This document shows, in pieces, positions 37,722 through 51,719 of a stretch of DNA of 64,000 nt (the first letter of the stretch is position 1; every line of letters begins with the position of its first letter). Origin of the DNA: Lytechinus pictus (Eukaryota); assembly GCF_037042905.1 (NCBI RefSeq), contig NC_087245.1:30692001-30756000 (forward strand), given 5' to 3'. Under the pieces are notes generated by a model. That model saw nothing but the letters and a program-made list of their open reading frames with translations, made no database searches and had not been told where the DNA came from. Position numbers and translations under genes: made by a program.

Positions 37722-39099
37722 CAACCGCGTCTAGCCAGGGTTTAATTTTGGAGGGGCGGTAAGTGCAAGCGAAGCGTGCGAACACTAAAAGAGCGCGCTC
37801 CCTAGGGGGAGGGTGCGCGAATTTTTTGATATCTCATCAGATTCAAATCAAAAGAAGGCGTCCTTAATACCCTCAACTCGAATATTGACTTGCTGTGATT
37901 ACAAAAAATAGTTTTCTAAAAACATTATGAGCGCCCCAAAAATGGGAAAAGATTGAAGAATTTGAAACAATTCCTCTTACTGCGCGAAGCGCGGAAGCTT
38001 AAAACGTTTTATATAAATAGAGAACAGAAATGATAGGCCTACAATTGTGCTTACCTTGGTCACATCAGATTTGATTGTAAAAAGTTTATCCACATTAAAT
38101 TTTGTTAGCTCAATTCGCAAAGCTGAGTAGAAGACGGGTATATAAAGAATGGAAATAGGCCCTATTCCTTCCCGCGATGGCATTGAGGCTCAGATTTTTA
38201 AAGAAATTTCTCGGAAACTTTAACCTGTTCTAATTTTGATATTTCTTAGATTATATATAACTCGATTAAGAAGAAAAAAGAGCTCGAAATGTGAAAGGGA
38301 TGGTGCAAGCTAGAAGAGGGACTTTTCCTTTCCCATGCTCGCGAAGTACGGAAACCTCTGTGATTTATTTTTGAAGAATTTTTTTTTTTGTAATTTCGCT
38401 CATATTAAGCGCTTCCTTTTCTTTAAGAAACTTCAGAGATAATCAAAATTTCAAGTCAATGGTGCAAAACAAGACAGGAGATGGGTGTGCAGCGATATAG
38501 AATAAAGTTTAGTATCGTACATACTTTTTTTTATATAGCACGGCACTAATTTAATGCCCCCCCCCCCTTTGAGCAGATGCTTTGCCAAAATTACTTGCTG
38601 AAAAGCGGAAGAAAAATAGCATTTCGGGATTCGGGGAGTGTTAATCGAATTGAAATTTCATGCGTGAGTGAGCGTGAAGAGCCAAAATTTTGTGTCAATG
38701 CAATATGAAAAAAACCTTTTCATACTCTTTGCACCCATGCATACTTTATAACTTCTGGCAAGAATATACGATTCCCACAACCGGGAGGGTAAAAACGGAG
38801 TAGAAAAAAGTGTGGGAACGAAAGGGAATGGCAATTTTTTTTTTAATATAGTTTTCCCGCGCAGAGCGCGGAAGCAAAATTTTGTATGAAGAGAGGAAAA
38901 CGTCTCTTTTAGGTTTTTATTCTTTTGACCCCAAAAAGAAGGAAAAAACAACAACAAAGCTATAACTTTCTTCCCTTTCCTTCTTTCGCTTTTTCTTTTT
39001 CTCCTTTTCCCCTTCTTTTTTTTTCATTTTGGGGGCGTTTTTTTTTTTGGGGGGGGGGGGGGGGCGACCGCCCCCACCGCCCCCCTGGCTACGCGCCTG
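37722..39099. mobile_element. hAT-like non-autonomous element in a gene B intron
   Basis: Degenerate TIR ..TAGCCAGGG / CCCTGGCTACGCGCCTG with perfect 8-bp TSD ATAGAATA. Confidence 0.8.
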
Positions 39100-39314
39100 A
39101 TAGAATATGCCTGGTGAATTTAATCAAAACAAACAAACATATCTCGATAATTCACAGTGGTTCAATTCAACATTAAGGTTAACCTTTAAACAAGGATTTA
39201 GATTCACAAAGATTACAATGATTCAAACATATGACCTTTGGAATTCGTTGCAATTTCTTTGTATACAAAAGAAAATATAATATACAATTTATGATGAATT
39301 CCTTTCGAAGTATG

Positions 39315-39735
39315 AAGCAATCCTTGATAAACTAATAGCAGTATTAAAGAGTCACATTCGCGATAAATACATACAGGTTAGCAGTCTGTGGATGATTTAA
39401 TATTATCTTTGAGCTGTTGGCATGACGTCAGTCTTGTCCAGCCTATCGTGGGCTACGACGTCTTCAAAGGGGTGGTCGAATTAACTCACTCGCAGTGCCG
39501 AGGAAGATTTCCTCCAGTCATTGATCATGCAGACAAAACCGGTTCCACAAATGGCGGCCTAGTATCACAGGCCTACCAAGGATGAGAGTTTATCTCGTCG
39601 AAACAATAGTGTAAAAACCCTGCAGAACAGCGTTGACTTGGTCTTTGTAGTGACTTGGTTCTGACGGCTAATAAACGGAAAAAATTGGATTCTGACAAAA
39701 AATCTCCATACACGGCTTTTAGCATTCTGCCTACG
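39315..39735 (+). mobile_element. Penelope-like element 3' remnant
   Basis: Frameshifted ILDK..IKES.HIR..YRL.SLW resembles the end of the Penelope GIY-YIG domain; followed by a hammerhead-like stem II + GAAA at 39581-39604. Confidence 0.45.
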
Positions 39736-40805
39736 TGGCGCGAATAACGCTCACCCCTGACGTAGCGACAGCCCGGGGCGACAGCGAATCATTGTACGCA
39801 TGGACGCATCGCATTCCAATACTAGTGTCCTAATTAAACTTTGACAATAATCATAATAATAATAATTTTAATAGCAAAAAAAAGCAAAAAGGAATAAAAT
39901 GGCTGTTTTTGACTCGCCGTAAGGCCGCCGTAGATTAATTAGCAAGTGGACACGATTTTGAAATTGTGCCATGAAGAAACGTTCAAGCCATATTATATGG
40001 AACACATCAAAACTGCTCTTGTTTCCTGTCAAAACAGCACAACGGTTTTGATGTATCATAATGACATATAAAACACTTGTTTTTCCTGCAGAGACATCAT
40101 TATGTCAATTACGCAGTGGCGGATCTAGCTTTTTGCTAAGGGGGGGGGGGGGGGGGCGGGGGTCGACAAGTTGGTTGGACCCAATACAGATGAGCTGCGA
40201 CGTAATGCGTCCTACCCCCACCGTAGATCCGCCACTGTCCTGCTTGTGCGAGTCTAGTAAACAGGGAAGGGGGAGTTAGAGTTTGATCCCACAATTTTTT
40301 AATTATTATTCTAGGGAGCCCGAGGTGGATATTTAAACCCCTAACCCCCCCCCAGACCCGCCTCTGTTGGGTTATGTAGTAAGATTCTACAAGAGACAGA
40401 TTGTGTAAAAATATTAATGAGATCGTGAGATGATCATTCTGTTTACGACACAGCACATGACATAGGATTCGATAGGAATAAATGGGCTGCTATGTCGAGC
40501 ATGCTGCAGCATCAGTCGAATTATTGCAGCTCTGTTGTAAAGAGATGATCCGCTCTCGACCGAGTCATTTCTGCGAGGTCATCATTGTTTGATCAAGATT
40601 TTGTAAATCTTTGTGAATTTCTATAGTGAATACATATTATGCAGTTCTGTTGACTTCAGGGAATATCTTTGGGCGATTAATGAGGTCACTCGAAAATGAT
40701 TAAAATGTAATCATTTTCATTTCAACTTTAGTCTTACTTCACTCCTTAATGGGTGAATTTGACACTCATTTTAGAAGTTTGTTATTGATATGATATCATA
40801 CTTAC

Positions 40806-40898
40806 GTGAGTGTATTTGAAAATCGATTCGTTTACTTCTTTCATGAAAGGAAATCCCATAACAGAACCAGATTCCTTGAAAGTCTCATCGTATGCTAC
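40806..40898 (-). CDS. CAV: Caveolin-like gene B, coding exon 2 (VAYDETFKESGSVMGFPFMKEVNESIFKYTH)
   Basis: cttttcctgtag acceptor, GTAAGT donor, 93 nt phase 0/0. Ungapped 31-aa alignment to CAV1 residues 66-96. Confidence 0.92.
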
Positions 40899-41714
40899 CT
40901 ACAGGAAAAGGAAAGTGAAAATAATGGATAATGTTAAAAACGAGAGACGATTTAAATTACATTAAAAAAAAACACATTATACATCATTATTTGTCTATTA
41001 TGTCTTTTGCATGCAAAGGCTTTATCAACATGAAAGAAATATGATATTCTTTCTTGAGATATTTACTGAATTTATATAATTCATTCTTAACCAAAAATAC
41101 ACATTTTCAAATTGGGTTATTAGGAAATTTATTCATAAAGTCTAACGACTTTCATCCTGGAGTACGAACCCCTATTACAATTCACCGAAGTTTTTTTATG
41201 TAATTAAAATGTATCTATTATAGTTTTATTTTTAAGAGGAAGCAGAGGAAGAGGAAGAAGAAGAAGAAAAAGAAGAAATAGTAGAAGAAGGAAAAAAAAA
41301 AAGAAGAAGAAGCAAAAGAAAGAAAGAAAGAAAGAAGGAAAGAAAGAACGAACGAAAGAAAAAAAGAAAGAAAGAAAGAAAAGAGAAGAAAATAAAGAGG
41401 AAAAAGCAAGTATACTTGCTTCTTCATCCTCTTTATCATTTGCTTCTTCTACCCCTATATCTTCTTCTTTTGTTCTCCTCTTATAGGAAGAGAGACCCCC
41501 CCCCCCCGGAAAGGAAAAAGCAAGTATAATTGCTTCTTCTTCCTCTTTATCATGTTTATCATTTGCTTCTTCTTCCCCTATATCTTCTTCTTTCGTTCTC
41601 CTCTTACAGGGTAAAGAACTCCCCCCCCCTAAAAAAAGAAGAAAAAAAGAAGAAAAAAAACAACAAACAGGCCTACAACAATAAATTTTTAGGAAAACTG
41701 AAAACACGTAATAC

Positions 41715-41897
41715 CGGAACATGAGGGGTAAACTTGTATATATCCTCATTCTCCTTGTTGTCGTCGTCTGTGATGACATGAACAGAGCTTGCACTTCTTG
41801 GAGTGAGATCCGAATTATTATCAACAGTGGAACCATATTGAGGTACCGGTGGGTTGGTGCCTTGGGGGCCTATGTACGGATTGATGGGCTGGTCCAT
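41715..41897 (-). CDS. CAV: Caveolin-like gene B, coding exon 1 (61 aa, MDQPINPY..EDIYKFTPHVP)
   Basis: ATG at 41897 with an in-frame stop just upstream; acceptor near 41935; GT donor at 41714 (phase 0). Joined CDS 41897-41715, 40898-40806, 37526-37242 = 186 aa. Confidence 0.87.
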
Positions 41898-41944
41898 CGC
41901 TTCGATGTTTTATCACTCTTTACTCCAGTGGGTTCTGAATTTAT

Positions 41945-42250
41945 GACGACAACGATGACGACGATGATTATTACAAGAAGGTGATTGGATGGCGAAGAAT
42001 GGTGATGGTGGTGACGAAGATAGTGGTAGTGCATGGTGTGGTAAACGAAGATGCTGATAGTGATGTTAAAGGTTGTGATAACTGTGATTGTTGTAATGGT
42101 GGTGATAATGATGATGGTGATGATGATGGTTATGATGACGATGATGACGATGATGGTGATGATGATGGTTATGCCAGTGATTATGATGATAACGATGATG
42201 GTGATGATGATGACGGTGGTTATGATGATGATGATAACGACGATGATATG
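41945..42250. repeat. (GAT/GGT)n microsatellite
   Basis: Direct inspection. Confidence 0.95.
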
Positions 42251-42257
42251 TTGTTGG

Positions 42258-44380
42258 CAGTGTTGTAGTCAAGGCTCAAACCTCCAAGGCCAAGGCTTTG
42301 ATACACAAGGCAAAGGCTTCAATACCAAAGACCAAGGCATGGAAACCCAAGGCCAAGGCCTGAAAACCTCAAGGCCAAGGCATTTCAAACTTACGATATA
42401 CAGAACAATTAGCTAACAATGCTTAGGTGGCAGACATCACACATGGCAAAATGTATGTGAGCGAAGCGAGCGGACTGAGCGATAAAAAATGTTCACCCTT
42501 ATACATTTAAAAGAAAATAATTTCATGAAAGATTTAGACATATTAAAATGAATATATATTTACCTTTGTACATTTAATACATTATTTTTCTAGGCGATTT
42601 ACATTGCAATAATGATTATTACCACGGTCATCTGATCCTGGCATTCTCAACGTATGTTTTTTCTCCACTCCCTGAGACAGGGGCGGCAGATCCTATTTTT
42701 ATTGGGGGGGGGGGGATTCAAAGCCAAAAAGGCACTTATATATCAAAATGGGCATTTTGGTGCAAACAGATACATGTATTTTTAAAATGAGATTATCAAC
42801 TGCGTGAAGTAGCTGTGTGTTTTGTAGAAATTAAGTTGAGCAAAGCCTTTTTAAAGTGATTTCCAATTGATAAGATAGATATTTTGATTTAGGTTTTACT
42901 TCTCAGCGAGAAAGCGTAGCGCACAAGCGGTTTTGAAAAGAAAAATCAATTCTGAAGTTGTAAAACTTGATTTTTGGTCAATGGGGCGGGGGACGGTAAA
43001 TCTTTATTATTTCTTGAAACATTTAATTAATTATCAATAATTATCAATCATTTATTATTATTTTTGTTAATTATTATTTCTTGAAACCATATTGACACAA
43101 AAACAAACACGTTGTTTATTTCCTTGAAGCTGTAGAGAAATGAAATTCACTGTCGAACCATATATGATTAAAAAGAAGTAAAAAAAATTTCCTTTGAATC
43201 TGAGACACTTGACCCAAAACAAAATGTATACAATTTAGAAAAGATGTACTGCCTATCATTATTAACTAATTTTCAGTATGTTCTGCCTAACCAGCCACCC
43301 CCATCTTTCTTACGCCCTTACATGTGTCTCCCCCTTCTCCTCTCCCTCTCTCTTCCCATTCCTCTTTCTCGCCTGTTTAAAAATAAATCAGAACCCCCCC
43401 CCCAAAAAAAAAAAAAAAAAAAAAAAAGTTCCACCACCAAGAATAAACTTAGAAAAGGGGGAAAAGGGAAAGGAAAAGGTGGAGTAAATGTGATATTATT
43501 TTCTAAACATATTGTCACAATCTATCATTAGCTTTTCTTATAGCAAGAGGGTGAAGAATTTTGGTCGCTAGCTCGCTTCAATCACTTTCATTTTTTTTGG
43601 CAGAAATTTTGCTCTATATGCCATGCTTGGCCTCTCAAAATTTTTGGCTCATCATGCCATTACATAGCCCATTTGGATATGACTTAATTGAAGACTGTGT
43701 TCAAGTTTACCAAATCTTTTCAGAATATCATTAAGACTTAAAACATTCTTGTTGGCCAAAGAAAATAATACAAGGAAAATCCTAATGGAATAGAAATCAA
43801 CCTTGATATAAATCGTTCTTTAGAGTTAGCTATATTTAAAGAATGAAAATTGATGTCAAAATTGCAGTCAGATCTGTCAGAATTATTCCTGTCATCAAAG
43901 CACTATACTCTTGATCATAATCATTATTACTGTCTTTATTATCATTATTATTAATGTTGTCCTTATCATCATTAGTCATGATTACAACACATTACCAATA
44001 AATAATGTTATTTTTCGTCACTGCTGTTTTCTTTATTACATATGTGATGATAATTCTTGGTAATGGTGATTTAATGATTACAATTGATGACCCTGCTAGC
44101 TCACTTACTATACTGCTGCTGTTACTGGTGACTGGTAGAATTGACCATTAGTGTCATTGAATATACAGAACAATTAAAACATTTATAATTACTTGTATAC
44201 AAACAAATGAAAGTACAAAATAAAAAATGCATTGAAATTTCAAGGCTCAAAATCCTCAAGGCCAAGGCCAAGGCCCTCTCAAGGCCAAGGCTTGAAAGTT
44301 CAAGGCCAAGGTTTTGATAAAATAGGCCTTAAGGCGCCTTATTAAAGGCCAAGGCCAAGCATCAAGGCACTACAACACTG
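42258..44380. mobile_element. hAT-like non-autonomous element with CAAGGC subterminal repeats
   Basis: TIR CAGTGTTGTAGT / ACTACAACACTG, perfect 8-bp TSD GTTGTTGG, inserted into a (GAT/GGT)n tract. Confidence 0.9.
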
Positions 44381-45030
44381 GTTGTTGGTGGTGGTGGGGA
44401 TGGTGGTGGTAGTGATGATGATGATGATGATGATGACAATGAAGTTGATGATAATTTGCTTTGGTGCAATGATATAGCAAAGTCTATAATAAAAAAAAAA
44501 TCAATCATCCAATTTCATACTTCCGAACGGATTAAATTTGGAATTGTAGCCTGCTAAATGTCGATCTGTTTTCATGTACCAGGAGTGAACTATAAGCTCA
44601 AAAAAACAACAACAATAAAATCAGATTGGTAGGTGCTTAAACACTGTTCGATATAATATTAAGATGTTACGTTCAATATTGTTACACCCATTGCAAGCTT
44701 TACATAAATGATTAATATTTGAGTATCAATGATATTCAATTTTCTTCTGTTTTTTCGTTACTCTTCATTATACATGTATATCATAACTAGACTACATGTA
44801 GCATCATTGTTGGATATCTTCCCGTAAAGACTGAGAAGACCGCTCAGTCTTCAAACTGGATTGATCAGGGTTTCTCTTTAGCACCGCCGCAACACTTCAC
44901 TTCTTGTTCCTAATATGATTCCGATAATTTTCAAATCTACATGATATATACACGAATATTTTTCTCATATCATAAAGACATTATATCTAGTACAAACGTG
45001 AAGTGATAAATCTTTAGTCAATATACTAAC

Positions 45031-45180
45031 CTGACAGTGTATAACGGGTGAGTTTCCAAAATCAAGATCCCCCAGATCCAGGAGTCGGCAGAATTGATAT
45101 CACCACCCTAATACAGCTACAATCCGTAACCTGTCTTTTAAATTGAGGCCATGCATTATTGGATAATAGGCCTAATCCTT
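45031..45180 (-). promoter_or_regulatory. Candidate non-coding first exon and promoter of caveolin-like gene B
   Basis: CAG|GTTAGT donor on - at 45031/45030 in unique sequence, with TTTAAAAG and CCAAT upstream. The ATG exon has an acceptor, so an upstream exon is expected. Confidence 0.4.
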
Positions 45181-45405
45181 TATGATAATTATGAATATAA
45201 ACAAAGATTACGAGGAAATAGTCATACTCTCGACGGGCTCACGTGGAATTTAGTATCGGAGCACTTTGGACTTGATATCCTGGCAGTGATTTCCCTATTG
45301 AATGTATTATTGCTCCAGTTATTGTTAAAGGGATGATGTTACTTAAAGGGATTTGATTTAAAAAACATAAAGGATATATAAGAAAGAAACTTATAATGGC
45401 ACCAC

Positions 45406-45595
45406 GTGAACGTTCATTATGGTCTAGGGTCTAGTGGTTCTGACTCTCTTCCTTCAATGAGAGAGTCCTGGGTTCGAATCTCAGCCATATTTCCTTCAGC
45501 AAGAATGCAGTGGCGTCATTAGCCAGAAATACGAGGGGGTCAGTTATGGCATATCGATCAAAATTGTAAAAAAGTTGCGAGCAAAAATTGCAAGA
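45406..45595 (+). mobile_element. tRNA-SINE head fused to a TIR-element end (copy 1 of a local duplication)
   Basis: GGTCTAGTGG..GGTTCGAATC boxes; the same junction recurs at 46712-46909. Confidence 0.7.
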
Positions 45596-47577
45596 TGTTT
45601 ATTACAAAACAATGAATTCGATTCTAATTTGTTTACAAATTTTCGGCATTACTCCTATTTGTTTAAGATCGGTGTGCTCGATCTGTAATGAAAATCATAA
45701 GTCAGAAAAAAATTGGAACCAGTGGGATTCGAACCTGCCATCTATTGCTTTCCGGGCAGCGACTTAACCACCAGGCTATTCTGGTTCACGGCTAAGCCAC
45801 AATGAACTGGAATTAAAAAAAAACCTCGATCCTCTTCTTTCCGACTCATTAGTATCCGAATGCCGTCCGCCGTGGACAATATATAGTAAATGAAGAGGCT
45901 TTAATAGGAGGAAATTATAATTTGTTTACAAATTTTCGGCATTACTCCTATTTGCTTAAGATCGGTATGCTCGATCTGTAATTACAGATGATTTTCAAGT
46001 AGTGAAGAAGGAGGGGCCCGGGGAACAGAGAGAGAGAGAGAGATAAAAAAAAAAAGAAAAAAAAAGTATGAGAAGGAAAGGTGAAGAGTAAATATGACGT
46101 CACCTTTAAGCAAATGTTTGGCCCCAAATCATCCTGGCATCGCACCTGATTCGAGTTGCTGTTTCTCTTCTGACTGTTGTGTATATGTGTATGGGGGGGG
46201 GGGGGTCGCGATCGGGTGCCTCTATGTGGACAGGGTCGGCGTAAGGAGTCAGGGAAGATATCAATTTACGCGACCTATACCTCACATTTTATGCCCTTGT
46301 TCTCTTTTCCCTTTTTTCTCTTGTTTTTCATCATTTGGAAAACCATAGAGGGGTGATCGCTCTGCCCCCCACCCCGTAGCATCACCACTGGAAGCGGATA
46401 TGTTTTGTATCACTACATTGTCCTTTTATTAGAATAGGCAACTACAAAATATTACAAATGAATATTTAAAAAAATATTGATTGTGATATGACATCATTTG
46501 CACATGACAGGACGTGTTGCATACTTAGTATGTGCACATCCTTTTCCGTCATCGCCGAGAAACAAACTTTCATTTATTTGACAAGAAATCAACTCAATTT
46601 CAATTTAATCGAACTTGCCTTCCTCCCACCGTTAAGTTTCTTCTTATAAAAAAAAATCACATGGGATTTAAGGGGGCACGTACATTTCCACCCTTTCTTT
46701 GTCATTACTTAGTGAACGCTCATCTTGGTCTAGTGGTTCTGTTTCTCTTCTTTCAATCAGAGAGTCGTGGGTTCGAATCTCAGCCATATTTCCTTCAGCA
46801 AGAATGTAGTGGCATAATGAGCCAAAAATCATAAGGGGGCCAAATATGGCGTATCGAGCAAAATGTATAAAAAGTTGCGATTTAGCAAAGCGAGCAAAAA
46901 TTGGCAAGAATTCTTAGTCATTACGGACCTCCATCATGCAGGTGCAGATTGTGGGGTGTGTAGAGGCAGGAATTCCCGTTTGCTCCAAATTGACGTTATA
47001 TACCGTAGAAATAACTAACTGGGCCATATTCGGATAGCCATGGTTTAGTTAAGCCTGGTTTAACTTAGACCACATTTTTATGGAGTGCTAGTTGTCAACT
47101 TATTCATCAATTACAAATATTGTTATCATGCTAAAAAAATAGTTAACATTTTTATTCAAACGTGTAATGGGAATAGGAAAATACAAATATAAAATGAATA
47201 TTTATGAATTAATTGATAAATTGGAATTGCCACGAATATGGAAGATATATTATGAATTCCAGCATTTCATAGAAGTGTGATTTAAAATTATAATTTAGAC
47301 TAGGGATAAATCATCCAATAAATCCGATGACCGGGGTAATAATATATCTGTAAAGCGCTTAGACACGTCGTTCCGATGTATTAAGCGCTATATAAAAGCG
47401 GATTATTATTATCATTGTTATCATTATTATCATAATCCGAATACCACCCACTGTCTCTATTCTGCTAGTCCATATCGCTCGTTGTGCGCAACCGCAAAAC
47501 TATAACTGTCTATTACCAATCCACAACATTCATCCTATGCTTTCAATTTGCACCAAGTAATGATGCATGTAATATGA

Positions 47578-48125
47578 ACTTCATCATCATCATGGTAATC
47601 ATCATCATCATCACCTGCACCATTATCATCATCTTCACCATCATCATCGTCGTCGTCGTCATCATCATCATCATGATAATCATCATCATCATCATCATCA
47701 TCATCGTCATCATCATCATCATCACCATTATCATCATCTTCACCATCATCATGCATCGTCGTCGTCGTCATCATCATCATCATCATCATAATCATCATCG
47801 TCATCATCATCATCATCATCATCACGATCATTACTATCATCATCATCATCATCATCGTCATCATCATCATCATCATAATGATAATCATCATCATAATCAT
47901 CATCGTCATCATCATCATCATCATAATGATAATCATCATCATAATCATCATTGTCATCATGATCACGATCATTACTATCATCATCGTCATCATCATAATC
48001 ACAATCGTCGTCGTCAATTTAGACAGTATTAGTATTATTAGTGTTATTATTATTAACACGATCAGCATCATCACCATTATCATCAGCAGCAGCGGCAGCA
48101 TCGACATCATCATTATTATTATTCT
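47578..48125. repeat. (CAT)n microsatellite
   Basis: Direct inspection. Confidence 0.97.
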
Positions 48126-50114
48126 TATTAATGTGCAAGTAAAAAAAAATTATAAAACAGGGGCGGCGGAGCGAGGTTGAAAGTGGCGGGGGGGAGGGGG
48201 CGGCACAGGGAAACAGGGCACCTATTTTTTCGAAAAGGGCACTATCTTAAAACAAAGTAAAATACTAATGTGCCCCACTCACGACTCATGAAAGTTAAGG
48301 CAAGTAGGATTGTTCTTCCAAGTTTTTTTCCTTTATAAATAGTAACATATAACAATGAGAATATTGTTTTCTTGTTTCATAACCAATGATGCTGTTTCTT
48401 TATGGGAATTTGCCCAAGTATTGTAAACGCGGGCTGTTCCTGTCGACAATTTTTTTGGGCAATGGCTGTAAGGTCCATTTAAAATAAGGTGGTTTTTTCA
48501 AGAATCATATAATAGGAACACTGCTTTGTTCCAAATGAAAAGGGATGCCATCAGAACATTAAAAGACTTAACATTTTGAACAAAGTACAAAAGAAAACGG
48601 GCGTTTATCAAAAGTTTATAAGGGCGTCTTAAAATGGGGCATTCAATAAGAGGTTTAAAGGGATGAATTTCTTATCAAAAGAAAAAGAAGTAGCGAAAGG
48701 GGCAAATCATATTTTGAAAGGGATTATGCGATTAAAGGATGCACTTGCAGAAGAAAGCAGAACGCTGAATAAAGAAACTGGGCGCTCATCGGGCACGAAC
48801 AGAGTGGTGTTTATAGAACGTACAACTTATCTAATATGAAGAAGAGGCATCTATATGAGAAGGCAAAGGGCGCACATAAAACGGGGTTCTTTCTCATGTG
48901 AAAGGGGCACAGAACACGTTCGTGAGGGGCACTTTTCATGGGTAGAAAGGGGCACTGATTCGAAAAAGGAGCTTACAAGAAGATACAGGGGCACTTGTTC
49001 ACACATAAAACGGGTCCTTCTCAGGTGAAAGGGACACAGAACACGTTCGAGTGCGAGGCCGGGGCATTTTTTGGGTTAAAAATTTGCACTTATACGAGAA
49101 AGGGCACTTGGTAACACATAAAACGGTCCTCCTAAGGTGAAAGGGGCACAGTGCGCGTTCGTGAAGGGGCATTTTCTTGCGTAAAAAGGGCTCTTCCAGT
49201 GCTTCAAAAAGTGAGGGGCACTGTGCACCCCCCGGCCCCCAGGATAAACTTTAGTCAACTTAAGTAATATTTATGTTTTTTATGTGATTTCACAACAAAA
49301 AACAAATGAATAACGCCTCATCTGCCTAATTTTTATAGGTTCACATAATTATTCACATCAACAACAAATTACTGTAAATGACCTTTACATCATTTAAGGG
49401 CATATCAAACGTAATTGTGCCCCTGATAAAAGGATTAAGCACCTTCAACAATTCTTTCTTATAAGAAAAAATGCATTCATCGTGTGCCCAAAGGCCTTAT
49501 ATTATTCATGATTCTTTACACGACCACTGTACGTAAAACGACCGCACTTTCCAATTACGTAATCTTATCTATGTCAGTCATGTATGTACACTCATGCCTT
49601 TTGGGTGAACAACTCAAAATACTCAATCACGGAATAATTTTGACTCATAATGTTAGTAAACACATTTCATATTCAATCCTTTCACTCGGTTGAAAAGACA
49701 ATATAACTTATTATCACCCGTATCAGACATCTGAGCTGGTCATTTACAAAACCGTATTTCCCTGTATTTTATTATTATCAGGAAGGGATAGGTATAATGT
49801 TTGTATTTTCCTCGGTCTCAATGCGCGTATTGACTTTGCATGCAGAGACGACGCAAAATATACCTTTGTATTTTCCCTGGTCTCACATCCGGGCCTTTGA
49901 GGATGCGAATGAAGTGATACGCTTCATAATGTTCCGCGCACCAACGATCTACGTCATAATAAAGACAACGCTGGATCTGGGCGCTTGCAAGTACGTCATA
50001 ATGGTAAAGTGCAGAGCCTAGACACTGATATTATCATGACACAACAGAACTCTATTCTTAAAAGATATCACTGTTATCATGATTTTTGCTCTAGATATCT
50101 GATTTGGATGATAA

Positions 50115-50265
50115 TAAAAATATTGACTGCACTTCTTTCGGGGAACATCAGATATATTGCCCTTAAAAGACCCATATTGCCCTCGTCTAAAGACTCGGGC
50201 CAATATGATTCTTTTGCTGGCAATATATTTGATGTTCCCCTCAAGACCAGTCAATATTATATAAT
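50115..50265. mobile_element. Palindromic MITE-like hairpin
   Basis: AATATTGACTG..GGGAACATCAGATATATTGCC is mirrored by GGCAATATATTTGATGTTCCC..CAGTCAATATT. Confidence 0.7.
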
Positions 50266-51719
50266 TAATTTCGATATCAAGCAATTTTACTCACGTCATT
50301 GGGCTTGTATCACGAAATAAAACGAGATAAAAGATATCTCCGGGCAACATTTTCCCACTACAAGAAAAATAGCAGCACGCCCCAAGCGATCGTATTCATA
50401 TAGCCGTTTCTGGCGTCAATTCACATATTCACATATTAACAAAAATAACGTTCACAGAAAAAAATATAAAATTTCATCCTGTATACGATAATGAATGAGA
50501 GATTAGCTATTACCCATCCCAATGAAATAGACTGAAGTGTTGAATTTATTTATATATATATTTTTTTACAGAACTCGAGGCCTACATCGATGACTATATA
50601 ATTTAGTCATTATATTGATTAAAAAAATTAAAGTAGATATATCTACGAACTATTTTTTTTTCACTTATTATTAATTTCAATAACATTGCATATATATCAT
50701 GATCCGTGCTTTCCAGGGAGAATTAAGAATGATTGGGCCCCCCCCCCCCCACTCCGGTGTCGGAGGGACCGCATGCGTGTTCCCAAAATGTCCGGTAAGG
50801 GGGTACAAGTCCGGCCCGCGAATTGTAAAAAAAGACGGTGTATTTGACTTTTCACCCGGAGATTTCTTTAAAAAGGGGGTGTTTTTTTTTCTCTCTTTGG
50901 ACTCCTGAGAAATTTAAAAATCTTTCCTAAGGTATGATGGGTTCCCACAAGCAGCCATATTGGAGGACAAACGATAAAAACCTGTGCATCAGACTATGAA
51001 AAGTTATTGTTTTCATGGTTTTGCTATTGTTTTGTCCTCCACCATGACATCAGGAAACCTCTATTGTAATGACAGCTTACCTGAGATGAAGGGGGGGGGG
51101 GTTGTCTGTCCTGAGATAGGGGGTTGGAATGAAAGCTCACCTGAGATAGGGGGTACATTGAGCAGTGTTCCGGATTTAGGGGGGTCTCCAAGGCAGGAAA
51201 AGCCCGCGAAAGGGGGGGGGGGTGTCAGAAATTTTGGCAGACATGAGATAAGGGGTGCTTTCAAAGGGAGGGAACGAGCATAGGCGTACCCTAAATAACA
51301 CTGATCGAGTGGGGGGCGGGGGTTGGGGGTGATGGCAGAAGTGAAAAGCATGAAAAAAGGGCGAGGATGGGAAGAGGTAGATAAGAGCCCAGAAGAGGGG
51401 GGGGGGGACATCGGCTTCCGTTTTCAACGCCACATACATTGCAGCTCCTTTAACCTATTTATTGTAACGGAATTAATTATATTGATTTTAACCCTCAGTT
51501 ATAACTCCAATGTGGGTATATCAATAGCAGCACTTTGTATCCTCAGGCAAAAACGAGTATAAATTAACCCAGCTTTTAATATCGTTATCAATTTTATATA
51601 CGGTATATAAACAGGTGCAAAGATTAATCGGAATATAAGCGTTCATGATCATTTTTACAACTATAATGCGAAAATGGGTGATGAGGCCCTGCGCCCCCGG
51701 TGCCTGCCTCCGGAACGTG

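Noticed and set aside
41204..41836. 210-aa ORF with an internal repeat
   Set aside because: Off-frame overlap with gene B exon 1 plus intronic low-complexity sequence and a ~100-bp local duplication.
47484..48180. Poly-His/Ile/Met/Asp ORFs
   Set aside because: (CAT)n microsatellite open in several frames; the same applies at 41981-42416, 52611-53317, 23585-24041 and 62252-62656.
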